Below are positions 1-7,931 of a stretch of DNA of 64,000 nt, in pieces; position 1 is the stretch's first letter; every line of letters begins with the position of its first letter. This DNA is from an uncultured Rhodospirillaceae bacterium (lineage in GTDB: Bacteria; Pseudomonadota; Alphaproteobacteria; UBA11136). The notes below the pieces were generated by a model. The model had not been told where the DNA came from and searched no databases. It worked only from the letters and a program-made list of their open reading frames with translations. The DNA lies in the NCBI GenBank assembly GCA_964486105.1, contig CAZAKR010000005.1:7384-71383 (forward strand), read 5' to 3'. A program made the translations under genes and the position numbers.

Positions 1-580
1 AAATTCGACACCACCCGGCCGTCATTTGGGTGCATGCGGGGACCATAGGTGTTGAAAATCCGGGCGACACGGATTGAAAGGCCGTGTTGGCGGTAATAGT
101 CGAAGAACAGGGTCTCGGCGCAGCGCTTACCCTCGTCGTAACAAGCCCGAGGCCCGATCGGATTGACCCGCCCCCAATAGCTTTCACTTTGGGGATGGAC
201 ATCGGGATCGCCGTAAACCTCGCTGGTCGATGCCTGAAAAATCCGCGCATTGATGCGCTTCGCCAGCCCCAGCATATTTATCGCGCCGTGAACACTGGTC
301 TTGGTCGTCTGCACCGGGTCGTGCTGGTAATGCACCGGCGAGGCGGGACAGGCGAGATTGTAAATCTCGTCAACTTCGACATAGAGAGGGAACGTGACAT
401 CGTGACGCATCGACTCAAACCGGGAATCGTCGAGCAGATGGCGGATGTTGTCCTTCGAGCCGGTGAAAAAATTATCGACGCAGAGAACGTCGTTATCTTC
501 TGCCAGGAGCCGCTCACACAAATGCGATCCCAGAAAACCCGCCCCTCCTGTCACTAGAATCCGTCGCTTTTCGGTCATCC
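1..580 (-). CDS. UDP-glucuronate decarboxylase / NAD-dependent sugar epimerase-dehydratase (UXS-like), 5' part; the gene continues beyond the window start
   Basis: Reverse-strand translation from ATG at 578-580 reads [24 protein letters not shown]...NFFTGSK...YNLACPASP...QTTKT...EVYGDP. It has the GxxGxxG Rossmann motif and the YxxxK short-chain dehydrogenase/reductase motif typical of UDP-xylose synthase and dTDP-glucose dehydratase relatives. The frame stays open to position 1. Confidence 0.8.
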
Positions 581-643
581 GCTTTTTTCCTTATCAGCCC
601 TTGTTGCCGGGCTTGGGTTGCGGGACAGAATAGAGCATATCTT

Positions 644-973
644 TCATGTCCTTAGAAAGGCTTTCTCGTCTCCCTGAAGGACCAGGCAGGTCAGCACCCC
701 GGTCGAATAGGCGCCGGTATCGATGCCGATACGATTGGCCAGAACCTCCGGATTGGGCGTCGGCGTGATGGTATGCCCGTGGACGATGATCTTACCGTAA
801 TTTACCTGCGAATCGAGAAAGGCGCTCCTGATCCAGAGAAGATCCTTTTCCGATTGTTGTTCAAGCGGCACACCGGGCAGAACCCCCGCATGAACAAAAA
901 AATAGTCGCCTTCAATATGGCTTGGCCGGAGCGATTGAAAGAATTCGCGATTTGTGCTTGTAGTTAAACTCAT
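644..973 (-). pseudogene. Metallophosphoesterase (Ser/Thr phosphatase, ApaH/PrpA-like) C-terminal half only; probable truncated gene remnant
   Basis: The 109-aa ORF carries the ...FFVHAG... and ...IIVHGHT... motifs of the C-terminal half of calcineurin-like phosphoesterases. The N-terminal GDxHG / GDxxDRG / GNHE motifs are absent. The upstream in-frame extension runs into an AT-rich stretch with a stop at about 1088 and no phosphatase similarity. Confidence 0.5.
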
Positions 974-1240
974 GCATATTATTTTCCTGAAAGCATAACA
1001 TGCGATAGTAGTGGGTAACTGATTGAGGCCCTGAGTGAATTCTGCTTTATAATTAAAACCGTTGGGGGATGTGGTTTCGCCGTTTTTTTAGATCATCTGA
1101 ATTTCCTCAAGTTGAAATTAGAGTCTGAATAATGAAACGGAAGTGTTCAAAGAAATACTTTTAAAACCACAATAAAGAGAGACGCGGAGATTAAGATAAT
1201 GCGGATGCAAAATCGAAAAGCCGGAGAGCTGATCTAGACC

Positions 1241-1660
1241 ATGGCCAATTACGAAGTTCAGTCGCATAAAAACGGCCAGTGGGTCATTGCTTCCGTCCAG
1301 GACGACCAGGACGAGGCGATCTATGAAGCGCAGCGCCTGCTTCAGGGAAAGCGCACGACCTCTGTTCGCGTCGTTCAGGAGATTTACGATTCCAATTCCG
1401 ACAGCTATCGGATGAAGGTTGTCTTCCGCCGCGCCCGCGCATCGGAAACCACCGATAGCGGCGAGTCGGACACGACCAAGAAAAAGAAAGCCGCCAAGCC
1501 GAAAGAGCTTTCCACTTTCCGGAAATTTTCCCGGGACGCCAAAATCACCTTTCGTAGTTTTATCGGCAGCGTCCCCTTTCTCATTATCAAATTCGCCGTC
1601 ATTATCGGGTTGGGGATATGGCTTCTCGTCAGCCTTCAGGAAGTCGCCGAAAAACTGTAG
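1241..1660 (+). CDS. Hypothetical 139-aa tail-anchored membrane protein (paralog A): N-terminal about 65-aa soluble domain, basic low-complexity linker, C-terminal transmembrane helix
   Basis: ATG start with a clean ORF. The C-terminal hydrophobic segment is FLIIKFAVIIGLGIWLLV. It shares the length and architecture of ORF 2311..2730 and is sequence-related to it (YEVQSHKNGQW..SV.DD...KVVFR vs FEIQVYKAGNW..SVFDD...KVIFR). Confidence 0.6.
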   Translation: MANYEVQSHKNGQWVIASVQDDQDEAIYEAQRLLQGKRTTSVRVVQEIYDSNSDSYRMKVVFRRARASETTDSGESDTTKKKKAAKPKELSTFRKFSRDAKITFRSFIGSVPFLIIKFAVIIGLGIWLLVSLQEVAEKL

Positions 1661-1739
1661 CCGTCTCCACGGCGGGGCATCGTCCCCCTTTAATTTTTTG
1701 ACCAGCAAATTAACGAGTTAAATTGAGGCCGCAATTACC

Positions 1740-2225
1740 ATGAGTGACGACGATCTGCCCTCTGGCATGGAACGAAGGCTGAGCCTGAGAATTCTCAATT
1801 ACTGGCGCAGCATCAGACAGTCCGACGCATTCCCCGCCAAGGGAGACCTCGATCCTGCGGCAATGTCCGACATGTGGCCCTATTGCATCATCCTTAAAAC
1901 CGAAGGGAATGAAGCCGATCCCCTGATTGATTTCTGCGGTGATGAAATCAAGAAACTCTGTGGCGAGGATGTGACCGGTAAAACCATTTCCGCAACGCCG
2001 CCAAAGTGTCTGGTTGCCAATGGGCTCAATCTTTACACCCGGGCGCTGGCCAAGCGCGTTCCGATCACCTATGGCGATGAATTTGTGGATGACAACGGCG
2101 TAAAAGTCCTTTTCCGCAGCGCCATCCTGCCCTTAAGCGAGGACGGCACGACGATTGATCACTTTCTTTGCGCCGCCAATTGCCGCATTGATGAGCCCGA
2201 TGTAATCGACGGGGACGAGGCCTGA
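1740..2225 (+). CDS. PAS_5 (DUF1457)-like small PAS-fold protein
   Basis: The 161-aa ORF has the motif L..L..YW..IR....FP...D.DP..M.D.WP.C.IL, which matches my recollection of the alphaproteobacterial stand-alone PAS_5 family. It lies between the two paralogous small membrane proteins on the same strand. Confidence 0.55.
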   Translation: MSDDDLPSGMERRLSLRILNYWRSIRQSDAFPAKGDLDPAAMSDMWPYCIILKTEGNEADPLIDFCGDEIKKLCGEDVTGKTISATPPKCLVANGLNLYTRALAKRVPITYGDEFVDDNGVKVLFRSAILPLSEDGTTIDHFLCAANCRIDEPDVIDGDEA

Positions 2226-2310
2226 TCCAACCCGGCCAGCGCCGAAAAGCCTCGTTCCGCTGCGCCCCGGAAAACACCCTCACAAACTATCCATCAAAAA
2301 GGTTCTGACG

Positions 2311-2730
2311 GTGGCAAAGAACGTTGCCTTCGAGATACAGGTTTACAAAGCCGGAAACTGGAGAATCGATTCGGTTTTCGACGACCGCGCCCTCGTTCTT
2401 TTCGAGGCCAAACGCCTGGAATCCTATTCGAGCAAAAACAGTATCCGGGTCATCGAGGAAACCCATGACGAAGCCACCGGCCAGTCCTCGGTCAAGGTCA
2501 TCTTCCGCAGTGCCAGGGTCGCCACGCAGGAACAGCGACCGGCACCAGCACCCGCAAGGAAGAAATCGCCTCCGACCAGGGCAAAAAAAGACGTCCAACC
2601 CCGGCGACGGGGACAAAAGCCCGCCGCCTCAGAAGACAGTCATATGGGTCAAGTCATCGGGTTCGCGCTTACCGTCGCGATTGCCGGCGGACTTATCTTT
2701 TTTCTGAAATCCTTCGCCGACCAGCTCTGA
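2311..2730 (+). CDS. Hypothetical 139-aa tail-anchored membrane protein (paralog B)
   Basis: Same length and architecture as 1241..1660. It has an N-terminal domain, a Pro/Lys/Arg-rich linker and a C-terminal transmembrane helix (VIGFALTVAIAGGLIFFL). Confidence 0.6.
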   Translation: MAKNVAFEIQVYKAGNWRIDSVFDDRALVLFEAKRLESYSSKNSIRVIEETHDEATGQSSVKVIFRSARVATQEQRPAPAPARKKSPPTRAKKDVQPRRRGQKPAASEDSHMGQVIGFALTVAIAGGLIFFLKSFADQL

Positions 2731-2743
2731 GGCCCGGCAGCCC

Positions 2744-3214
2744 CTACCAGTAAACCACAGTGACCGTCGTCGTTCCCCCGCCGTCGCCCAGGGCAAACGC
2801 GGCCTCTGAAAAACTCGGCGCACCGAGAAAGGCTTTGGCATCCATGCTGAAGCCATAACCCTCTGTCGGAATGCCGATGAAATTCTGATCGAAATTATTG
2901 TCCCCGTCTTCATCGTGAAACAGGGCAATGGCATAGCTGCCCGGCGCCAGGCCCGGGATGATAAAAGTCATGCTGCCGCTTTCGGCCGCCACATCCTCGG
3001 TCGCGATGGCCTTGCCCTTGCTGGGGTAATCTTCGGCCCGGTCGTAAAGGGCGAGACGGATCAATCCCTCGGCATTACGCACCCCTTCGACCTCAATGAT
3101 GAGATCGGCAGCAAGGCCGGGGCCGGACCATCCCGCACAAAAAATGCCGGCAAGGCCCCACAGAGCGGCGGGACGGAAAGCCGACGAAGATTGGAAAAGG
3201 CGTTTAATCATTTG
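2744..3214 (-). CDS. DUF2141-family exported protein
   Basis: Signal-peptide-like N-terminus (MIKRLFQSSSAFRPAALWGLAGIFCAG) and the conserved motif LFHDEDGDNNFDQNFIGIPTEGYGFS characteristic of DUF2141. The start is chosen at an internal ATG; the ORF extends to 3256. Confidence 0.6.
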   Translation of the reverse strand, partial: QMIKRLFQSSSAFRPAALWGLAGIFCAGWSGPGLAADLIIEVEGVRNAEGLIRLALYDRAEDYPSKGKAIATEDVAAESGSMTFIIPGLAPGSYAIALFHDEDGDNNFDQNFIGIPTEGYGFSMDAKAFLGAPSFSEAAFALGDGGGTTTVTVVYW

Positions 3215-3262
3215 CATGGCGGTAAGTTTTAGCCCCATGAGGAAAAGGTTCAACAAAAGAAA

Positions 3263-4291
3263 TCAGTCCTCCTTTTCGCTGACCCCGGCTTGGGCGAAGG
3301 TCGCCATGCCGGTATGGCAGTCTATGGCCGCCCGTACCAGGCCAAGGGCCAGAACCGCGCCCGTTCCCTCACCCAGCCGCATGTTGAGATTGAGCAGGGC
3401 CGATTGGCCGATCTTTTCCAAAAGTCCGGCATGGCCGGGCTCAAGGGAGACATGGCCAACCCGGCAATGATCGAGTGCCGTGGGCTGGGCGGTGTGCAGA
3501 ACCGCCGCCGCCGCCGTGCAGGCAAAGCCGTCGAGAAGAACCGGCACCCGCGCCAGCCTTGCGGCCAGAACCGCGCCTGTGATGGCGGCCAGTTCGCGCC
3601 CCCCGAGACGGCGCAGCACTTCAAAGGGATCGCCCAAAGCCGCCCCGTGACAGGCCAGCGCATCATCAATCGCCTGTGCCTTGCGGGCCAGCCCCCGGGC
3701 ATCAATCCCGGTGCCGGACCCCACCCAATCGGCTCCTTTTCCCTTGAAAAGGCCGGCGCAAAGGGCAGCGGCGGATGTGGTGTTGGCGATCCCCATTTCA
3801 CCGAGACAAAGCAGATCGGCGTCCAGATCGACCGACGCCATGCCGTAGGTAAAGGCTTGAACGCATTCCTCCTCACTCATCGCCGGGGCAATGGTGAAAT
3901 CCGCCGTCGGCCTGTCCAGGGCCATCTCGTAAACCCGCATTTCGACATCGGCGGCTTCGCAAAGCTGATTGATGGCGGCGCCACCGCCTATAAAATTCTG
4001 CACCATCTGGGCCGTCACTTCGGCCGGATAGGCCGAAACCCCGCGCGCCGCCACTCCGTGATTGCCGGCAAACACGCAAAGCAGGACCTTGTCGGCCCGG
4101 GGCGGATGAGCGCCCTGCCAGGAAGCTGCCCAGGCGCTCAGCTCCTCAAGCCTGCCCAGAGCCCCGGCAGGCTTGGTCAATTCCGCCTCACGGCTCGAGG
4201 TTGCAGCCTCGGCAGCATCATCACCGCCCGGCAACCCCTTCATCAGGGCACGGATATCGTCGAGGCTGGCAAGGGGGGGCAGAGATGTCAT
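3263..4291 (-). CDS. cobT: Nicotinate-nucleotide--dimethylbenzimidazole phosphoribosyltransferase
   Basis: 342-aa ORF with full-length similarity to CobT/CobU-type DMB phosphoribosyltransferases (…CVFAGNHGV…GEMGIANTT…LDGF…). Confidence 0.9.
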   Translation of the reverse strand: MTSLPPLASLDDIRALMKGLPGGDDAAEAATSSREAELTKPAGALGRLEELSAWAASWQGAHPPRADKVLLCVFAGNHGVAARGVSAYPAEVTAQMVQNFIGGGAAINQLCEAADVEMRVYEMALDRPTADFTIAPAMSEEECVQAFTYGMASVDLDADLLCLGEMGIANTTSAAALCAGLFKGKGADWVGSGTGIDARGLARKAQAIDDALACHGAALGDPFEVLRRLGGRELAAITGAVLAARLARVPVLLDGFACTAAAAVLHTAQPTALDHCRVGHVSLEPGHAGLLEKIGQSALLNLNMRLGEGTGAVLALGLVRAAIDCHTGMATFAQAGVSEKED

Positions 4292-4433
4292 CCAAATCCT
4301 TCAGGCGACGGAGTGAGAGGGGCAAACGGCCGCACTTTATGGTGAAAAAAACCGATGTTCATGGCGTTCGCTCAGCATCTGTCTTATAAACGATCCGATC
4401 CCCCGCGCAACCGTCAACCGGAAAGTCAGCCTC

Positions 4434-5291
4434 ATGGCCGAACCGAAAAAGAAGCCTTCTTCATCGCAATCCAAAGCCGCCTGCGACGACCTGGATTCCC
4501 TGGTGCCGAGCAGTGACGAGGCGCGCAAGATTCTTTCCGGCTGGAGCTCCGACCTGCGCATCGCTCTCCTCTTTATGACTCGCCTTCCCCTGCCCGCCGG
4601 CTTCAGCGCCGAGATAAAAAAGGGAACGATTGCCCCCGCCATGCGCGCCTTTCCTCTTATTGGTTTGGGCCTGGGCATTTTCGGCGGTCTGATCATGGGG
4701 TTGAGCCATATGCTTGGCTGGACACCGCTGGTCGGGGCGCTTCTCGCCATTCTCGCCATCACCCTTGTGACCGGGGGGCTGCACGAAGACGGGCTGGCCG
4801 ATGTTGCCGACGGCTTTGGCGCCGGCACCAGCAAGCAAACCCGCCTCAACATTATGAAGGACACCCAGACCGGCAGTTTCGGCGTTCTCGCCCTCGTTTT
4901 TTCCATTGCCCTGAAGGTCGCTATTCTGGCCGGCTTTAGCGATGTGGGGGCCGCAAGCGCCGCCCTGATCGCCGGCGCCAGCGCCTCACGAGCCGCTCTG
5001 CCGCTGATCGCCCATCGCCTCAAACCGGCCCGCAAAAGCGGCCTGGCGGTCAGCGCGGGAAGCCCCGACGACGCCTCTCTTTATGCGGCCCTGGCCCTTG
5101 GCGGCGCCCTGACCCTTCTTTTCCTCGGCCCTGTGGGCGGGTTTATCGCACTGGTTGCCGCACTTGCCGCCGGATTCGGTGTTATGGAGCTTTCGCGGCG
5201 CCTGATCGGCGGCTATACCGGCGATGTTCTGGGTGCAGCCCAGCAAATTTGCGAAATCGCCGTTCTCCTCGCCGCCCTCGCCGTTCTCTAG
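4434..5291 (+). CDS. cobS: Adenosylcobinamide-GDP ribazoletransferase (cobalamin synthase)
   Basis: Multi-transmembrane protein with the hallmark LHEDGLADVADG motif. It is divergent from cobT. The true start may lie downstream of the annotated ATG, since the FMTRLPLP motif normally sits near the N-terminus. Confidence 0.85.
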   Translation: MAEPKKKPSSSQSKAACDDLDSLVPSSDEARKILSGWSSDLRIALLFMTRLPLPAGFSAEIKKGTIAPAMRAFPLIGLGLGIFGGLIMGLSHMLGWTPLVGALLAILAITLVTGGLHEDGLADVADGFGAGTSKQTRLNIMKDTQTGSFGVLALVFSIALKVAILAGFSDVGAASAALIAGASASRAALPLIAHRLKPARKSGLAVSAGSPDDASLYAALALGGALTLLFLGPVGGFIALVAALAAGFGVMELSRRLIGGYTGDVLGAAQQICEIAVLLAALAVL

Positions 5292-5295
5292 GCTT

Positions 5296-5943
5296 GTGAT
5301 CCAGGCCGCGCCTGTCCGCTGGTGGTGGATACGCCACGCCCCGGTGGTTAATAACGATCCGGCTTCGCCGCCGCTTATTCACGGACAAATGGATGTGGGG
5401 GCCGATCTTTCCGACAGCGCCGCCCTGACCCGCCTGGCCGGGGAGCTGCCCAAAGACGCCCTTTGGCTGACCAGTGGGCTTTCCCGCGCCAGCCAGACCG
5501 CCGAAGCCCTGCGGGGCTGTCAGGATGAGGATATTCAGGCGCCGGTGATCGTTCCGGCCTTCAACGAACAGCTTTTCGGCGACTGGCAGGGACTAACCCA
5601 TGACCGGATTGCCAATGATCATCCCGATCAGGCCCGGGCCTTCTGGGCCGATTACGCCAATGCACAGCCCCCCGGCGGCGAGAGTTTCAGGGACGTTATG
5701 GAGCGCGTTGCCCCGGTGGTTCATTTGTTCTGCCGGGACAATCCCGGGGCCGATATCATCGCCATCGCCCACGCCGGGCCGATTCGCGCGGCCCTGGCTC
5801 TCGCCCTTGACCTGACACCGGAAAAGGCGCTTTCCCTGGATATCGACAACCTTTCCTTAAGCCGCATCGACTGGCTTGAAAACCCGTCGCAAGAGGGTGG
5901 CGTCTGGCGGCCAGGGAGGGTTAACCAGAGGGCCTTTAAATAA
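5296..5943 (+). CDS. cobC: Alpha-ribazole-5'-phosphate phosphatase (histidine phosphatase family)
   Basis: Contains the RHAP catalytic motif of the phosphoglycerate-mutase-like superfamily (…WWWIRHAPV…) and sits directly downstream of cobS. The start is proposed at GTG 5296; the long ORF from 5224 overlaps the cobS stop. Confidence 0.7.
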   Translation: MIQAAPVRWWWIRHAPVVNNDPASPPLIHGQMDVGADLSDSAALTRLAGELPKDALWLTSGLSRASQTAEALRGCQDEDIQAPVIVPAFNEQLFGDWQGLTHDRIANDHPDQARAFWADYANAQPPGGESFRDVMERVAPVVHLFCRDNPGADIIAIAHAGPIRAALALALDLTPEKALSLDIDNLSLSRIDWLENPSQEGGVWRPGRVNQRAFK

Positions 5944-5957
5944 GGGAATCCTTTTAT

Positions 5958-6180
5958 GGTGCGGGCGCCGATGCCCGTGCTAGAGTCCGCGCTCATTTGC
6001 AAACCGGGACAGGGAAGTCCGGTGCCGCGGAGCGTCCTCAACTTTTACAAGGACTTAACCGCCAGGCCGGCGCTGCCCCCGCAACTGTAAGGAGGACATC
6101 CGCGACCTGTGGGTTGCACGCCACTGGCCTTGGAACAGGCTGGGAAGGCGTCGCGGATGACGAATCCGAGCCAGGAGACC
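5958..6180 (+). promoter_or_regulatory. Cobalamin (AdoCbl) riboswitch in the 5' leader of the cobU-cobW-cobN operon
   Basis: Conserved riboswitch core elements are visible: GGTGC..., ...AGGGAAGTCCGGTG..., ...GCTGCCCCCGCAACTGTAAGG..., and a B12-box-like GCCACTGG at about 6120-6128. It lies 5' of cobU on the same strand. Confidence 0.7.
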
Positions 6181-6229
6181 TCCCCGGTTTGTGTCGGCCC
6201 ATTTTCATCCTCGGGTGGAGGATCTCGCC

Positions 6230-6817
6230 ATGTCTGTCTCTCGCCGATCCAACACGCCCCCTGCAAACGGGCTGCCCGGCCTTACCCTTGTTCTGGGCGG
6301 AATGCGCTCGGGCAAGAGCCGCTTTGCCGAAGACCTGATCCTGGGCAGCGCTGACAACGCCCTTTATCTGGCCACCGCCGATACACAGGCCAGCGACAGC
6401 GACCCTGAAATGCGGGATCGTATCGCGCAGCATCAGGCGCGGCGAGGTAAGGGCTGGGAAACCCTTGAAGCGCCCCTTGATCTGGCAGCCGCCCTGCAAA
6501 ACCACGCCCGGGCCGCTCGACCCGTTCTGGTCGATTGCCTGACCCTGTGGCTTTCCAATATTCTGGCCGCCGGACGCGACGTGACGAAGGAAGTCGAGGC
6601 TTTGCTCGACACGTTGGGCGACCTCAAGGGCCCGGTGGTCTTTGTTTCCAACGAGGTTGGCCTTGGGGTGGTGCCGCAAAACGCGCTTGCCCGCGCCTTC
6701 TGCGATCATGCCGGAAGGCTCCACCAATTACTCGGCGAGCGCGCCGACCAGGTGGTCTTTGTCGCCGCCGGTTTACCGCTTTATCTCAAATCCCCAACAC
6801 CCGACATTAATAATTAA
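6230..6817 (+). CDS. cobU: Adenosylcobinamide kinase / adenosylcobinamide-phosphate guanylyltransferase
   Basis: P-loop LVLGGMRSGKSRFAE with downstream CobU/CobP family similarity. The ATG at 6230 is preceded by GGTGGAGGA. Confidence 0.85.
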   Translation: MSVSRRSNTPPANGLPGLTLVLGGMRSGKSRFAEDLILGSADNALYLATADTQASDSDPEMRDRIAQHQARRGKGWETLEAPLDLAAALQNHARAARPVLVDCLTLWLSNILAAGRDVTKEVEALLDTLGDLKGPVVFVSNEVGLGVVPQNALARAFCDHAGRLHQLLGERADQVVFVAAGLPLYLKSPTPDINN

Positions 6818-6827
6818 AGGATATTCC

Positions 6828-7928
6828 ATGCCCCCGTTGATGCGAGATAAAATCCAGGCGACGGTTGTTACCGGCTTTCTCGGGGCCGGTAAAACCAGCC
6901 TTATCCGCCATATTCTCGATAATGCCAATGGCCGGCGTCTGGCCCTTATCATCAATGAATTCGGCGATCTGGGGATTGACCGGGAGCTCCTTATCGGCAG
7001 CGGGGCGGGATCTGGAAACAGCGCCGATACCTGTGCCGACCCGGCCTGCCCCGACCCGGTTTGTGGCGAGGAAGACATCCTTGAGCTGGCCAACGGCTGT
7101 ATATGCTGCACGGTTGCCGACGATTTTCTGCCCACCATCACGGCGCTCATTGAGCGCCCTGAACCGCCTGAACATATTATTATCGAGACCTCCGGACTGG
7201 CCCTGCCCAAGCCGCTGTTGAAGGCCTTTGACTGGCCGGAGGTGCGCGCCCGGGTGACTGTCGACGGTGTCGTTACCGTCCTCGACAGCCTCGCCGTCCA
7301 TGAGGGCCGTTTCGCCGACGACCCGGAAGCGGTGGCGCGGCAACGCATGGAGGATCCCGGTCTCGATCACGACAATCCGCTGGAAGAAGTTTTTTCCGAT
7401 CAGATCGCCTGCGCCGATCTGGTGGTTTTGAACAAAACCGACCTGCTCGAACCCGATCAACTGAAAACGCTTCTCACCGGGCTTGAGACGACCATGCGGC
7501 CCATGGTCAAAACCGTCACTGCTAAAGAAGGGGCGGTTGATCCCATGGTCCTGCTCGGCCTCAACGCGGCTGCCGAAGACGACGTTGCCGCCCGGCCGTC
7601 CTGCCACGACGGAGAGGGCGAACACGATCACGATGATTTTGACAGCTTTACCGTTGAGATCGGCAAGATCACCGATATCGAAGCCTTTCTCGCCCGCCTT
7701 GAAGACGCGAGTGCCCGCCACGACATCCTGCGGATCAAGGGATTTGCCGAAATACCTGACAAACCGATGCGGCTGGCCGTTCAGGGGGTCGGCGGCCGGT
7801 TCCGGCATTATTTCGACCGCCCCTGGAAGGCGGAGGAAGCGCGGCGCGGGGCGCTGGTGGTGATCGGCGCCAAGGGTCTTGACGCATCGGCCATCGCGGA
7901 CATCATTTCGGGTCCGGAAGGAGACTGA
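6828..7928 (+). CDS. cobW: CobW-family GTPase (cobalt metallochaperone)
   Basis: G1 motif GFLGAGKTS, a CxCC motif (GCICC) and a His-rich stretch (CHDGEGEHDHDDFD). The ATG at 6828 has an AAGGA ribosome-binding site. The ORF is N-terminally extended in the six-frame track. Confidence 0.9.
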   Translation: MPPLMRDKIQATVVTGFLGAGKTSLIRHILDNANGRRLALIINEFGDLGIDRELLIGSGAGSGNSADTCADPACPDPVCGEEDILELANGCICCTVADDFLPTITALIERPEPPEHIIIETSGLALPKPLLKAFDWPEVRARVTVDGVVTVLDSLAVHEGRFADDPEAVARQRMEDPGLDHDNPLEEVFSDQIACADLVVLNKTDLLEPDQLKTLLTGLETTMRPMVKTVTAKEGAVDPMVLLGLNAAAEDDVAARPSCHDGEGEHDHDDFDSFTVEIGKITDIEAFLARLEDASARHDILRIKGFAEIPDKPMRLAVQGVGGRFRHYFDRPWKAEEARRGALVVIGAKGLDASAIADIISGPEGD

Positions 7929-7931
7929 GCC

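Noticed and set aside
3290-4345. 351-aa ORF on the + strand opposite cobT
   Set aside because: Shadow ORF in high-GC DNA. It has no recognisable domain and a Gly/Arg-rich composition typical of antisense frames. cobT on the minus strand is strongly supported.
4292-4433. Possible second cobalamin riboswitch in the cobT/cobS divergent spacer (contains GGTGAAAAAAACCG)
   Set aside because: Only 142 bp, and it lacks the AGGGAA/GCCACTG core elements. It is too short for a B12 riboswitch plus promoters.
6642-6827. N-terminal extensions of six-frame ORFs (cobW from 6642, cobM from 21224, cobB from 26114, ubiB from 39575, SYLF from 12315, SH3 from 47520, dnaA to 36501, truB to 56787)
   Set aside because: The extensions overlap upstream genes or lack similarity. 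Internal ATG/GTG starts with Shine-Dalgarno-like sequences match family N-termini.
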